A stretch of DNA of 64,000 bases, from the NCBI RefSeq assembly GCF_964355755.1, contig NC_092670.1, positions 27,328,795 through 27,392,794 on the forward strand. Reading direction: 5' to 3'. Source of the DNA: Antedon mediterranea. Its lineage: Eukaryota > Animalia > Echinodermata. The position numbers and the translations under genes are program-made. How positions within the stretch are numbered: position 1 is the first letter of the stretch; each line of letters starts with the position of its first letter. Below are positions 24,201 through 38,852 of the stretch, piece by piece. A model generated the notes under the pieces. It was not told where the DNA came from and ran no database searches. It saw only the letters and a program-made list of their open reading frames with translations.

Positions 24201-27200
24201 TACCGGTTACTCCACAAACTAGTAGATGCCTGAAGAGCTGATAACAGTCTATTTATATGAAATGAATGATCAATCAATGAAAAATAATGCCATGCAACTT
24301 TGTTTCTGATTGAAAAAAATGTCCACTTGTTTAGGCCTGACATTTACAACCCTCAAAATATCTCACTTTCAAAAACAATATTTATTTTCAAATAAAAAAA
24401 AAAAAAATATTCCTAGAGGTTTGAACCCACTACTGAGAGCACTCAAACCTGAACATTACCGGTTACGCCACCAACCAGTACATGAGTGAACGAGCTGATA
24501 ATAGTCTATTTATATGAAATGAAGGATCCAGCAATGTAAAATTATGTTATTCAACTTTGTTTCTGATTTAAAAAAAGGTCCACTTGGTTAGGCTTGACAT
24601 TTAAAACCATAAAAATATCTCACTTTCAAAAACAATATTATTTTCAAATTAAAAAAAAAAGAAAAAAAAACATCCCTAGAAGTTCGAACCCACTATTGAA
24701 ATCACCCAAACCTGAGCATTACCCGTTACGCCGCAAACCAGTATATGACTGAAGAGCTGATAATAGTCTATTTATATGAAATGGATGATCAATCAATGAA
24801 AAATAATGCCATGCAACTTTGTTTCTGATTTTAAAGAAGGTTCACTTGTTTAGGCCTGACAGTTGCAACCCTCAAAATATCTCACTTTCAAAAACAATAT
24901 TTATTTTCAATTAAAAACAAAAGAAAAAAAAATACCCGTATAGGTTCGAACCCACTACTGAGAGCACTCAAGCCTGAGCATTACCCGTTACGCCACAAAC
25001 CAGTATATGACTGAGGAGCTGATAATAGTCTATATATATGAAATGAATGATCAATCAATGAAAAATAATGCAATGCAACTTTGTTTCTGATTTTAAAAAA
25101 GGTCCACTTGTTTAGGCCTGACATTTACAACCCTCAAAATATCTCACTTTCAAAAACAATATTTATTGTCAATTAAAAAAAAAAAGAAAAAAAATATTCG
25201 TAGAGGTTCGAACCCACTACTGCGAGAACTCAAACCTGAGCACTACCGGTTACTCCACAAACTAGTAGATGACTGAAGAGCTGATAACAGTCTATTTATA
25301 TGAAATTAATGATCAATCAATGAAAAATAATGCCATGCAACTTTGTTTCTGATTTAAAAAAAGGTCCACTTGGTTAGGCTTGACATTTAAAACCATAAAA
25401 ATATCTCACTTTCAAAAACAATATTTATTTTCAAATTAAAAAAAAAAGAAAAAAATTATCCCTAGAAGTTCGAATCCACTATTGAAATCACTCAAACCTG
25501 AGCACTACCCGTTACACCACAAACTAGTAGATGAGTGAAGAGCTGATAATAGTCTATTTACATGAACTGAATGATCCATCAATGTAAAATTATGTTATTC
25601 AACTTTGTTTCTGATTTAAAAAAAGGTCCACTTGGTTAGACTTGACATTTAAAACCATAACAATATCTCACTTTCAAAAACAATATTTATTTTCAAATAA
25701 AAAAAAAAAGAAAAAAATATCCCTAGAAGTTCGAACCCACTATTGAAATCACTCAAACCTGAGCATTACCCGTTACGCCGCAAACCAGTATATGACTGAA
25801 GAGCTGATAATAGTCTATTTATATGAAATGGATGATCAATCAATGAAAAATAATGCCATGCAACTTTGTTTCTGATTTTAAAGAAGGTTCACTTGTTTAG
25901 GCCTGACAGTTGCAACCCTCAAAATATCTCACTTTCAAAAACAATATTTATTTTCAATTAAAAAAAAAAGAAAAAAAATACCCGTATAGGTTCGAACCCA
26001 CTACTGAGAGCACTCAAACCTGAGCATTACCCGTTACTCCACAAACCAGTAGATGACTGAGGAGCTGATAATAGTCTATATATATGAAATGAATGATCAA
26101 TCAATGAAAAATAATGCCATGCAACTTTGTTCCTGATTTTAAAAAAGGTCCACTTGTTTAGGACTGACATTTACAACCCTCAAAATATCTCACTTTCAAA
26201 AACCATATTTATTTTCAATTTAAAAAAAAAAGAAAAAAAAATATCCCTAGAGGTTCGACCCACTACTCAGAGCACTCAAACCTGAGCATTACCCGTTACG
26301 CCACAAACCAGTAGATGACTGAAGAGCTGTTAATAGTCTATTTATATGAAATGAATGATCAATCAATGAAAAATAATGCCATGCAACTTTGTTTCTGATT
26401 TTAAAAAAGATCCATTTGTTTAGACCTGACATTCACAACCCTAAAAAATATCTCATTTAAAAAAAAAAAATTATTTTCAATAAGAAAAAAAAGCAATATC
26501 CCTAGAGGTTGGAACCCGCTACTGAGAGCACTCAAACCTGGGTAATACGCGTTACGCCACAAACCAGTAGATAAATGAAGAGCTGATAATAGTCTATTTA
26601 TATGAAATTAATGATCAATCAATGAAAAAATAATAATGCCATGCAACTTTGTTTCTGATTTAAAAAAAGGTCCACTTGGTTACGCTTGACATTGAAAACC
26701 ATGAAAATATCTCGCTTTCAAAAACAATATTTATTTTCAAATTAAAAAAAAAGAAAAAAATTATCCCTAGAAGTTCGAACCCACTATTGAAATCACCCAA
26801 ACCTGAGCATTACCCGTTACGCCACAAACCAGTAGATAACTGAAGAGGTGATAATAATATATTTATATGAAATTAATGATCAATTAATGAAAAATAATGC
26901 CATGCAACTTTGTTTCTGATTTTAAAAAAGGTTTATTTGTTTAGGCCTGACATTTACAACCCTCAAAATATCTCACTTTCAAAAAAAATATTTATTTTCA
27001 ATTAAAAAAAAAAAGAAAAAAGATATCCCTAGAGGTTCGACCCACTACTCAGAGCACTCAAACCTGATCATTACCCGTTACGCCACAAACCAGTAGATGA
27101 CCGAAGAGCTGATAATAGTCTATTTATATGAAATGAATGATCAATCAATGAAAAATAATGCCATGCAACTTTGTTTCTGATTTTAAAAAAGATCCATTTG

Positions 27201-30200
27201 TTTAGACCTGACATTCACAACCCTAAAAAATATCTCATTTAAAAAAAAAAAAATTATTTTCAATAAGAAAAAAAAAAGCAATATCCCTAGAGGTTGGAAC
27301 CCGCTACTGAGAGCACTCAAACCTGGATATTACCCGTTACGCCACAAACCAGTAGATAACTGAAGAGCTGATAATAGTATATTTATATGAAATTAATGAT
27401 CAATCAATGAAAAATAATGCCATGCAACTTTGTTTCTGATTTTAAAAAAGGTTTATTTGTTTAGGCCTGACATTTACAACCCTCAAAATATCTCACTTTC
27501 AAAAAAAATATTTATTTTCAATTAAAAAAAAAAAGAAAATAAATATCCCTAGAGGTTCGAACCCACTACTGCGAGCACTCAAACTTGAGCATTACCCGTT
27601 ACGCCTCAAACCAGTAGATGACTGAAGAGCTGATAATACTCTATTTATATGAAATCAATAATAAATCAATGAAAAATAATGCCATGCAACTTTGTTTCTG
27701 ATTTTAAAAAAGGTCCACTTGTTTAGGCCTGACATTCACAACCCTAAAAAATCTCATTTTTCCAAAAAATATTTATTTTCAATAAGAAAAAAAAAAGAAA
27801 TATCCCTATAGGTTGGAATCCGCTACTGAGAGTACTCAAACCTGGGCATTACCCGTTACGCCACAAACCAGTAGATAACTGAAGAGCTGATAATAGTCTA
27901 TTGATATGAAATTAATTATCAATCAATGAAAAATAATGCCATGCAACTTTGTTTCTGATTTTAAAAAAGGTTCATTTGTTTAAGCCTGACATTTACAAAC
28001 CTCAAAATATCTCACTTTCAAAAAAAATATTTATTTTCAATTAAAAAAAAGAAAGAAAAGAAATATCCCAAGAGGTTCGAACCCACTACTGCGAGCACTC
28101 AAACTTGAGCATTACCCGTTACGCCTCAAACCAGTAGATGACTGAAGAGCTGATAATAGTATATTTATATGAAATTAATGATCAATCAATGAAAAATAAT
28201 GCCATGCAACTTTGTTTCTGATTTTAAAAAAGGTTCACTTGTTTAGGCCTGACATTTACAACCCTCAAAATATCTCACTTTCAAAAACAATATTTATTTT
28301 CAATTAAAAAAAAAATCCCTAGAGTTTCGAACCCACTACTGGGAGCACTCAAACCTGAGCATTCTCCGTTACGCCACAAACCAGTAGATGGCTGAGTAGC
28401 TGATAATAGTCTATTTATATGAAATGAATGATCAATCAATGAAAAATAATGCCATGCAACTTTGTTTCTGCTTTTAAAAAAGATCCATTTGTTTAGGCCT
28501 GACATTCACAACCCTAAAAAATATCTCATTTAAAAAAAAAATATTTATTTTCAATAAGAAAAAAAAAAGCAATATCACTAGAGGTTGGAACCCGCTACTG
28601 AGAGCACTCAAACCTGGGTATTACCCGTTACGCCACAAACCAGTAGATAACTGAAGAGCTGATAATAGTCTATTTATATGAAATTAATGATCAATCAATG
28701 AAAAATAATGCCATGCAACTTTGTTTCTGATTTTAAAAAAGATCCATTTGTTTAGACCTGACATTCACAACCCTAAAAAATATCTCATTTAAAAAAAAAA
28801 ATTATTTTCAATAAGAAAAAAAAGCAATATCCCTAGAGGTTGGAACCCGCTACTGAGATCATTCAAACCTGGGTAATACCCGTTACGCCACAAACCAGTA
28901 GATAAATGAAGAGCTGATAATAGTCTATTTATATGAAATTAATGATCAATCAATGAAAAAATAATAATGCCATGCAACTTTGTTTCTGATTTAAAAAAAG
29001 GTCCACTTGGTTACGCTTGACATTTAAAACCATAAAAATATCTCACTTTCAAAAACAATATTTATTTTCAAATTAAAAAAAAAGAAAAAAATTTTCCCTA
29101 GAAGTTCGAACCCACTATTGAAATCACTCAAACCTGAGCATTACCCGTTACGCCACAAACCAGTAGATAACTGAAGAGCTGATAATAATATATTTATATG
29201 AAATTAATGATCAATTAATGAAAAATAATGCCATGCAACTTTGTTTCTGATTTTAAAAAAGGTTTATTTGTTTAGGCCTGACATTTACAATCCTCAAAAT
29301 ATCTCACTTTCAAAAACAATATTTATTTTCAATTAAAAAAAAAAAAAACCAAAATATCCGTAGAGGTTCGAACCCACTAGTGAGAGCACTCAAACTTGAG
29401 TATTACCCGTTACGCCACAAACCAGTAGATGACTGAAGAGCTGATAATACTCTATTTATATGAAATAAATAATAAATCAATGAAAAATAATGCCATGCAA
29501 CTTTGTTTCTGATTTTAAAAAAGGTCCACTTGTTTAGGCCTGATATTTACAACCCTCAAAATATCTCACTTTCCCTAGAGGTTCGAACCCACTACTGAGA
29601 GCACTCAAACATGAGCATTATCCGTTACGCCACAAACCAGTAGATGACTGAGGAGCTGATAATAGTCTATTTATATGAAATGAATGATCAATCAATGAAA
29701 AATAATGCCATGCAACTTTGTTTCAGATTTTAAAAAAGGTCCACTTGTTTAGGCCTGACATTTACAACCCTCAAAATATCTCACTTTCAAAAACAATATT
29801 TATTGTCAATTAAAAAAAAGAAAAGAAAAAAAATATTCGTAGAGGTTCGAAACCACTACTGCGAGAACTCAAACCTGAGCACTACTGGTTACCCCGCAAA
29901 CCAGTAGATGACTGAAGAGCTGATAACAGTCTATTTATATGAAATGAATGATCAATCAATGTAAAATGATGTTATGCAACTTTGTTTCTGATTGAAAAAC
30001 ATGTCCACTTGTTTATGCCTGACATTTACAACACCCAAAATATCTCACTTTCAAAAACAATATTTATTTTCAATTAAAAAAAAAGAAAGAAAAAAAAATA
30101 TTCGTAGAGGTTCGAACCCACTACTGCGAGATCTCAAACCTGAGCACTACCGGTTACGCCACAAACCAGTAGATTAGTGAAGAGCTGATAATAGTCTATT

Positions 30201-33200
30201 TATATGAAATGAATGATCCATCAATGTAAAATGATGTTATGCAACTTTGTTTCTGATTTTAAAAAAGGTCCACTTGGTTAGGCTTGACATTTAAAACCAT
30301 AAAAATATCTCACTTTCAAAAACAATATTTATTTTCAAATAAAAAAAAAGAAAAAAAAATATTCATAGAGGTTTGAACCCACTACTGAGAGAACTCAAAC
30401 CTGAGCATTACCGGTTACGCCACAAACCAGTAGGTGAGTGAAGAGCTGATAATCGTCTATTTATATGAAATGCTGAATAATCCATCAATGTAAAATGATG
30501 TTATGCAACTTTGTTTCTGATTTATAAAAAGGTCCACTTGATTAGGCTTGACATTTAAAACCATAAAAATATCTCACTTTCAAAAACAATATTTATTTTC
30601 AAATAAAAAAAAAAAAAAAAATATCCCTAGAAGTTCGAACCCACTATTGAAATCACTCAAACCTGAGCATTACCCGTTAACTTTGTTTCTGATTTTAAAA
30701 AAGGTTCACTAGTTTAGGCCTGACAGTTGCAACCCTCAAAATATCTCACTTTCAAAAACAATATTTATTTTCAATTAAAAAAAAAAGAAAAAAAATACAC
30801 GTATAGGTTCGAACCCACTACTGAGAGCACTCAAACCTGAGCATTACCCGTTACGCCACAAACCAGTAGATGACTGAGGAGCTGATAATAGTCTATATAT
30901 ATGAAATAAATGATCAATCAATGAAAAATAATGCCATGCAACTTTGTTTCTGATTTTAAAAAAGGTCCACTTGTTTAGGCCTGACATTTACAACCCTCAA
31001 AATATCTCACTTTCAAAAACCATATTTATTTTAAATTTAAAAAAAAAAAAAAAAAATGTCCCTAGAGGTTCGACCCACTACTAGGAGCACTCAAACCTGA
31101 GCATTACCCGTTACGCCACAAACCAGTAGATGACTGAAAAGCTGTTAATAGTCTATTTATATGAAATGAATGATCAATCAATGAAAAATAATGCCATGCA
31201 ACTTTGTTTCTGATTTGAAAAAAGATCCATTTGTTTAGGCCTGACATTCACAACCCTAAAAAATATCTCATTTTCAAAAAAAATTTTTATTTTCAATAAG
31301 AAAAAAAAGCAATATCACTAGAGGTTGGAACCCGCTACTGAGAGCACTCAAACCTGAGCATTACCCGTTGCGCCACAAACTGAGGGGCTGATAATAGTCT
31401 ATTTATATGGAATTAATGATCAATCAATGAAAAAATAATAATGCCATGCAACTTTGTTTCTGATTTTAAAAAAGGTCCACTTGGTTACGCTTGACATTTA
31501 AAACCATAAAAATATCTCACTTTCAAAAACAATATTTATTTTCAAATTAAAAAAAAAGAAAAAAATTATCCCTAGAAGTTCGAACCCACTATTGAAATCA
31601 CTCAAACCTGAGCATTACCCGTTACGCCACAAACCATTAGATGACTGAAGAGCTGATAATAGTCTTTTTATAATGAATGGATGATCAATCAATGAAAAAT
31701 AATGCCATGCAACTTTGTTTCTGATTTTAAAAAAGGTTCACTTGTTTAGGCCTGACCGTTGCAACCCTCAAAATATCTCATTTTCAAGAAAAATATTTAT
31801 TTTCAATAATAAAAAAAAAAGCAATATCCCTAGAGGTTGGAACCCGCTACTGAGAGCACTCAAACCTGGATATTACCCGTTACGCCACAAACCAGTATAT
31901 GATTGAAGAGATGATAATAGTCTATTTATATGAAATAGATGATCAATCAATGAAAAATAATGCCATGCAACTTTGTTTCTGATTTTAAAAAAGGTTCACT
32001 TGTTTAGGCCTGACAGTTGCAACCCTCAAAATATCTCACTTTCAAAAACAATATTTATTTTCAATAAGAAAAAAAGAGAAAAAAAATACCCTTATAGGTT
32101 CGAACCCACTACTGAGAGCACTCAACCCTGAGCATTACCCGTTACGCCACAAACCAGTAGATGAGTGAAGAGCTGATAATAGTCTATTTATATGAAATGA
32201 ATGATCCATCAATGTAAAATGATGTTATGCAACTTTGTTTCTGAATTTAAAAAAGGACCACTTGGTTAGGCTTGACATTTAAAACCATAAAAATATCTCA
32301 CTTTCAAAAACAATATTTATTTTCAAATAAAAAAAAAAAAGAAAACAAAATATTCCTAGAGGTTTGAACCCACTACTGAGAGAACGCAAACCTGAGCATT
32401 ACCGGTTACGCCGCAAACCAGTATATGACTGAAGAGCTGATAATAGTCTATTTATATGAAATGGATGATCAATCAATGAAAAATAATGCCATGCAACTTT
32501 GTTTCTGATTTTAAAGAAGGTTCACTTGTTTAGGCCTGACAGTTGCAACCCTCAAAATATCTCACTTTCAAAAACAATATTTATTTTCAATTTAAAAAAA
32601 AAGAAAAAAAATACCCGTATAGGTTCGAACCCACTACTGAGAGCACTCAAACCTAAGCATTACCCGTTACTCCACAAACCAATAGATGACTGATGAGCTG
32701 ATAATAGTCTATATATATGAAATGAATGATCAATCAATGAAAAATAATGCCATGCAACTTTGTTTCTGATTTTAAAAAAGGTCCACTTGTTTAGGACTGA
32801 CATTTACAACCCTCAAAATATCTCACTTTCAAAAATCATATTTATTTTCAATTTAAAAAAAAAAGAAAAAAAATATCCTTAGAGGTTCGACCCACTACTC
32901 AGAGCACTCAAACCTGAGCATTACCCGTTACGCCACAAACCAGTAGATGACTGAAGAGCTGTTAATAGTCTATTTATATGAAATGAATTATCAATCAATG
33001 AAAAATAATTCCATGCAACTTTGTTTCTGATTTTAAAAAAGATCCATTTGTTTAGGCCTGACATTCACAACCCTAAAAAATATCTCATTTTCAAACAAAA
33101 ATTTTATTTTCAATAAGAAAAAAAAGCAATATCACTAGAGGTTGGAACCCGCTACTGAGAGCACTCAAACCTGAGCATTACCCGTTACGCCACAAACCAG

Positions 33201-36200
33201 TAGATGACTGAGGAGCTGGTAATAGTCTATATATATGAATGAATGATCAATTAATGAAAAATAATGCCATGCAACTTTGTTTCTGATTTTAAAAAAGGTC
33301 CACTTGGTTAGGCTTGACATTTAAAACCATAACAATATCTCACTTTCAAAAACAATATTTATTTTCAAATTAAAAAAAATATAAAAAAAATATCCCTAGA
33401 AGTTTGAACCCACTATTGAAATCACTCAAACCTGAGCATTACCCGTTACGCCGCAAACCAGTATATGACTGAAGACCTGATAATAGTCTATTTATATGAA
33501 ATGGATGATCAATCAATGAAAAATAATGCCATGCAACTTTGTTTCTGATTTTAAAGAAGGTTCACTTGTTTAGGCCTGACAGTTGCAATCCTCAAAATAT
33601 CTCACTTTCAAAAACAATATTTATTTTCAATTAAAAAAAAAAGAAAAAAAAATACCCCTAGAGGTTCGACCCACTACTCAGAGCACTCAAACCTGAGCAT
33701 TACCCGTTACGCCACAAACCAGTAGATGAGTGAAGAGCTGATAATAGTCTATTTATATGAACTGAATGATCAATCAATGAAAAATAATGCTATGCAACTT
33801 TGTTTCTGATTTTTAAAAAGATCCATTTGTTTAGGCCTGACATTCACAACCCTAAAAAATATCTCATTTTAAAAAAAAATATTTATTTTCAATAAGAAAA
33901 AAAAAAGCAATATCCTTAGAGGTTGGAACCCGCTACTGAGAGCACTCAAACCTGTGTATTACCCGTTACGCCACAAACCAGTAGATAACTGAAGAGCTGA
34001 TAATAGTTTATTTATATGAAATTAATGATCAATCAATGAAAAATAATGCCATGCAACTTTGTTTCTGATTTTAAAAAAAGGTTCATTTGGTTAGGCCAGA
34101 CATTTACAATCCTCAAAATATCTCACTTTCAAAAAAAATATTTATTTTCAATTTAAAAAAAAGAAGAAAAGAAATATCCCTAGAGGTTCGAACCCGCTAC
34201 TGAGAGCACTCAAACCTGGGCATTACCCGTTACGCCACAAACCAGTAGATGACTGAGGAGCTGATAATAGTCTATTTATATGAAATTAATGATCAATCAA
34301 TGACAAATAATGCCATGCAACTTTTTTTCTGATTTTAAAAATGGTTCATTTGTTTAGGCCTGACATTTACAACCCTCAAAATATCTCACTTTCAAAAAAA
34401 ATATTTATTTTCAATTAAAAAAAAGAAAGAAAAGAAATATCCCAAGAGGTTCGAACCCACTGCTGCGAGCACTCAAACTTGAGCATTACCCGTTACGCCT
34501 CAAACCAGTAGATGACTGAAGAGCTGATAATACTCTATTTATATGAAATGAATAATAAATCAATGAAAAATAATGCCATGCAACTTTGTTTCTGATTTTA
34601 AAAAAGGTTCATTTGTTTAGGCCTGACATTTACAACCCTCAAAATATCTCACTTTAAAAAAAAAATATTTATTTTCAATTAAAAAAAAAAGAAAAGAAAT
34701 ATCCCTAGAGGTTCGAACCCGCTACTGAGAGCACTCAAACCTGGGCATTACCCGTTACGCCACAAACCAGTAGATGACCGAGGAGCTGATAATAGTCTAT
34801 TTATATGAAATTAATGATTAATCAATGAAAAATAATGCCATGCAACTTTGTTTCTGATTTTAAAAAAGGTTCATTTGTTTAGGCCTGACATTTACAACCC
34901 TCAAAATATCTCACTTTCAAAAAAAATATTTATTTTCAATAAAAAAAAAAAGAACAGAAATATCCCAAGAGGTTCGAACCCGCTACTGAGAGCACTCAAA
35001 CTTGAGCATTACCCGTTACGCCTCAAACCAGTAGATGACTGAAGAGCTGATAATACTCTATTTATATGAAATGAATAATAAATCAATGAAAAATAATGCC
35101 ATGCAACTTTGTTTCTGATTTTAAAAAAGGTTCACTTGTTTAGGCCTGATATTTACAACCCTCAAAATATCTCACTTTCAAAAACAATATTTATTTTCAA
35201 TTAAAAAAAAAATCCCTAGAGGTTCACACCCACTAGTGAGAGCACTCAAACCTGAGCATTCTCCGTTACGCCACAAACCAGTAGATGACTGAGTAGCTGA
35301 TAATAGTCTATTTATATGAAATGAATGATCAATCAATGAAAAATAATACCATGCAACTTTGTTTCTGATTTTAAAAAAGATCCATTTGTTTAGGCCTGGC
35401 ATTCACAACCCTAAAAAATATCTCATTTTCAAAAAAAATATTTATTTTCAATAAGAAAAAAAAAGAAATATCACTAGAGGTTGGAACCCGCTACTGAGAG
35501 CACTCAAACCTGGGTATTACCCGTTACGCCACAAACCAGTAGATAACTGAAGAGCTGATAATAGTCTATTTATATAAAATAAATAATAAATCAATGAAAA
35601 ATAATGCCATGCAACTTTGTTTCTGATTTTAGAAAAGGTCCACTTGTTTAGGCCTGATATTTACAACCCTCAACATATCTCACTTTCAAAAACAATATTT
35701 ATTTTCAATTTAAAAAAAAAAATTCCTAGAGGTTCGAACCCACTACTGAGAGCACTCAAACCTGAGCATTATCCGTTACGCCACAAACCAGTAGATGACT
35801 GAGGAGCTGATAATAGTCTATTTATATGAAATGAATGATCAATCAATGAAAAATAATGCCATGCAACTTTATTTCTGATTTTAAACAAGATCCATTTGTT
35901 TAGGCCTGACATTTACAACCCTCAAAATATCTCATTTTCAAAAAAAATATTATTTTTTCAATAAGAAAAAAAAAAGCAATATCTCTAGAGGTTGGAACCC
36001 GCTACTGAGAGCACTCAAACCTGGGTATTACCCGTTACGCCACAAACCAGTAGATAACTGAAGAGCTGATAATAGTCTATTTATATAAAATTAATGATCA
36101 ATCAATGAAAAATAATGCCATGCAACTTTGTTTCTGATTTTAAAAAAGGTTCATTTGTTTAGGCCTGACATTTACAACCCTCAAAATATCTCACTTTCAA

Positions 36201-37367
36201 AAAAAATATTTATTTTCAATTAAAAAAAAGAAATATCCCAAGAGGTTCGAACCCACTACTGCGAGCACTCAAACTTGAGCATTACCCGTTACGCCTCAAA
36301 CCAGTAGATGACTGAAGAGCTGATAATACTCTATTTATATGAAATGAATAATAAATCAATGAAAAATAATGCCATGCAACTTTGTTTCTGATTTTAAAAA
36401 AGGTTCACTTGTTTAGGCCTGACATTTACAACCCTCAAAATATCATACTTTCAAAAACAATATTTATTTTCAATTAAAAAAAAAAATCCCTAGAGGTTCG
36501 AACCCACTACTGGGAGCACTCAAACCTGAGCATTCTCCGTTACGCCACAAACCAGTAGATGACTGAGTAGCTGATAAAAGTCTATTTATATGAAATGAAT
36601 GATCAATCAATGAAAAATAATGCCATGCAACTTTGTTTCTGATTTTAAAAAAGGTTCACTTGTTTAGGCCTGACATTTACAACCCTCAAATTATCGCACT
36701 TTCAAAAACAATATTTATTTTCAATTAAAAAAAAAAAGAAACAAAATATCCGTAGAGGTTCGAACCCACTAGTGAGAGCACTCAAACTTGAGCATTACCC
36801 GTTACGCCACAAACCAGTAGATGAGTGAAGAGCTGATAATACTCTATTTATATGAAATAAATAATAAATCAATGAAAAATAATGTCATGCAACTTTGTTT
36901 CTGATTTAAAAAAAGATCCACTTGTTTAGGCCTGATATTTACAACCCTCAAAATATCTCACTTTCAAAAACAATATTTATTTTCAATTAAAAAAAAAAAT
37001 CCCTAGAGGTTCGAACCCACTACTGAGAGCACTCAAACCTGAGCATTATCCGTTACGCCACAAACCAGTAGATGACTGAGGAGCTGATAATAGTCTATTT
37101 ATATGAAATGAATGATCAATCAATGAAAAATAATGCCATGCTACTTTGTTTCTGATTTTAAAAAAGGTCCACTTGTTTAGGCCTGACATTTACAACCCTC
37201 AAAATATCTCACTTTCAAAAACAATATTTGTTGTCAATTAAAAAAAAAAAGAAAAAAAATATTCGTAGAGGTTCGAACCCACTACTGCGAGAACTCAAAC
37301 CTGAGCACTCTCCCTTTTATGCCATAAAGTAGTACACGAAAGAACAGTTTATAATAGTCTATTTATA

Positions 37368-38852
37368 AGTGTATTACGTAATTCATCATTACGTCATAAA
37401 TATCATATTAACCTTTTTAAAACCAAAATGGCCAGTTAGCTCAGACGGCTGAGCGTCGTGTTGACGACAACACGTATGTCGTGGGTTCGATTCTCACGCT
37501 GGTCGGTGGAATAGAGTTAAAGGTAGGCGACCAACTGTGTTTGGGGTTCACAGAATTTACGTCCCCCTTTCCACCACACATCTTGAGAAGGCACTAGCAA
37601 TGCATCTGGTGATGATGTGGTGGAAACGACCCCAATGCCATGGCAGGGCCTTAGTGCTGAGGCAGGGAGAGCACATTTTTAAATTTTTTGGGGGGCTTTC
37701 GCTACATGTATTTGATCTCGTAAATTTTATGTTTAGTGCCCTCAATTTAATGTAAAAAGAAATTAATTTATCTTCGTTACGTGTTTAGAAGAGAATGTAT
37801 GTCTCACCGTAGTTTGGTATGCCGTTTGTTATTATGCAAATGAGTTTTTGCAGGTGTAGTGGGAAAGATGGTATTGTTAGTAATTCGCGGTCAACACGCC
37901 ACACTGTTGAATTTTGATTTTGTTAATCAATGTTGCTACATTGGTAGCGAAATGTCCGATTCATGCAAGATATTGTATTGTACTATGTTATGAATAAATA
38001 TTTATGGATGGTAGTTGGTGTGTATGGCCGCACCGTCCCAGAATAAACATGGTTTAAACAGATAATTTGTCTCCGATGATTTTTGTATGGGGTTAATGGA
38101 GAATGAAATAGATCAAATATAGAACATTTGCAAAGATGCCGATTTCCAGACTGATTTCGAAACTTAGACTAATTCCGCCGCCGGGCTGGGCCTTAGGCAT
38201 ATACGAAGTCGAGTTTTTAAAGTAGAAAACTCTACCTAAACTTTTGAATTCGCATCTGGATATTTGAATTTTTAACAAATATAAAAAATATCATAGGTGA
38301 TTATGTATGGTAATAAGTATAAGTATAAGTGCAATTCTGGGCTCTATTTTCATTATTAGCTCTTCCCAAAACATGGTGGGCTAGTAGGCCTACTGGAGAC
38401 CTAATATTTAATTTCATATTTCAATGAATAGGTGCACTTTCCGGGGACATGCTCTATTGTCCTTGTTAGTCTTATATATTTTGTTTCATATAATTTCAAA
38501 TCATTTAAAGTACCATTTTCAGGTGGGAGTCTGTGCAACTCTATTTTTTTATTTTAAACAGTTTGGTATGCCGTCGTGGTTGTTATGCAAATGAGCTTGT
38601 AAAGGGGTATTATGGGAAGATAATATGTTAATCATTCGCCGTCAACACGCCACACTGTTAAATTTTGATGCTGTTAATATTTACATTAGAATATTGTTCA
38701 AATCATGTAAATAAAAAATTTTCCGGGCGGGAACCCAGCAGCTCTCGAAAAGAACTCCAGGTGGAAAAGAAGCTCACCCATGAGTACTGAATATGAAGGA
38801 GCACATTGGCTTCTTTTGGAGGCTTTATGGCAGTCTTTTTGCATGTATTTGA
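37368..38852 (+). repeat. ~1.48-kb cassette, copy 3
   Basis: Near-identical to copies 2 and 4. Confidence 0.92.
37430..37505 (+). pseudogene. tRNA-like cloverleaf with duplicated anticodon
   Basis: Identical by eye to 16315-16390. Confidence 0.7.
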
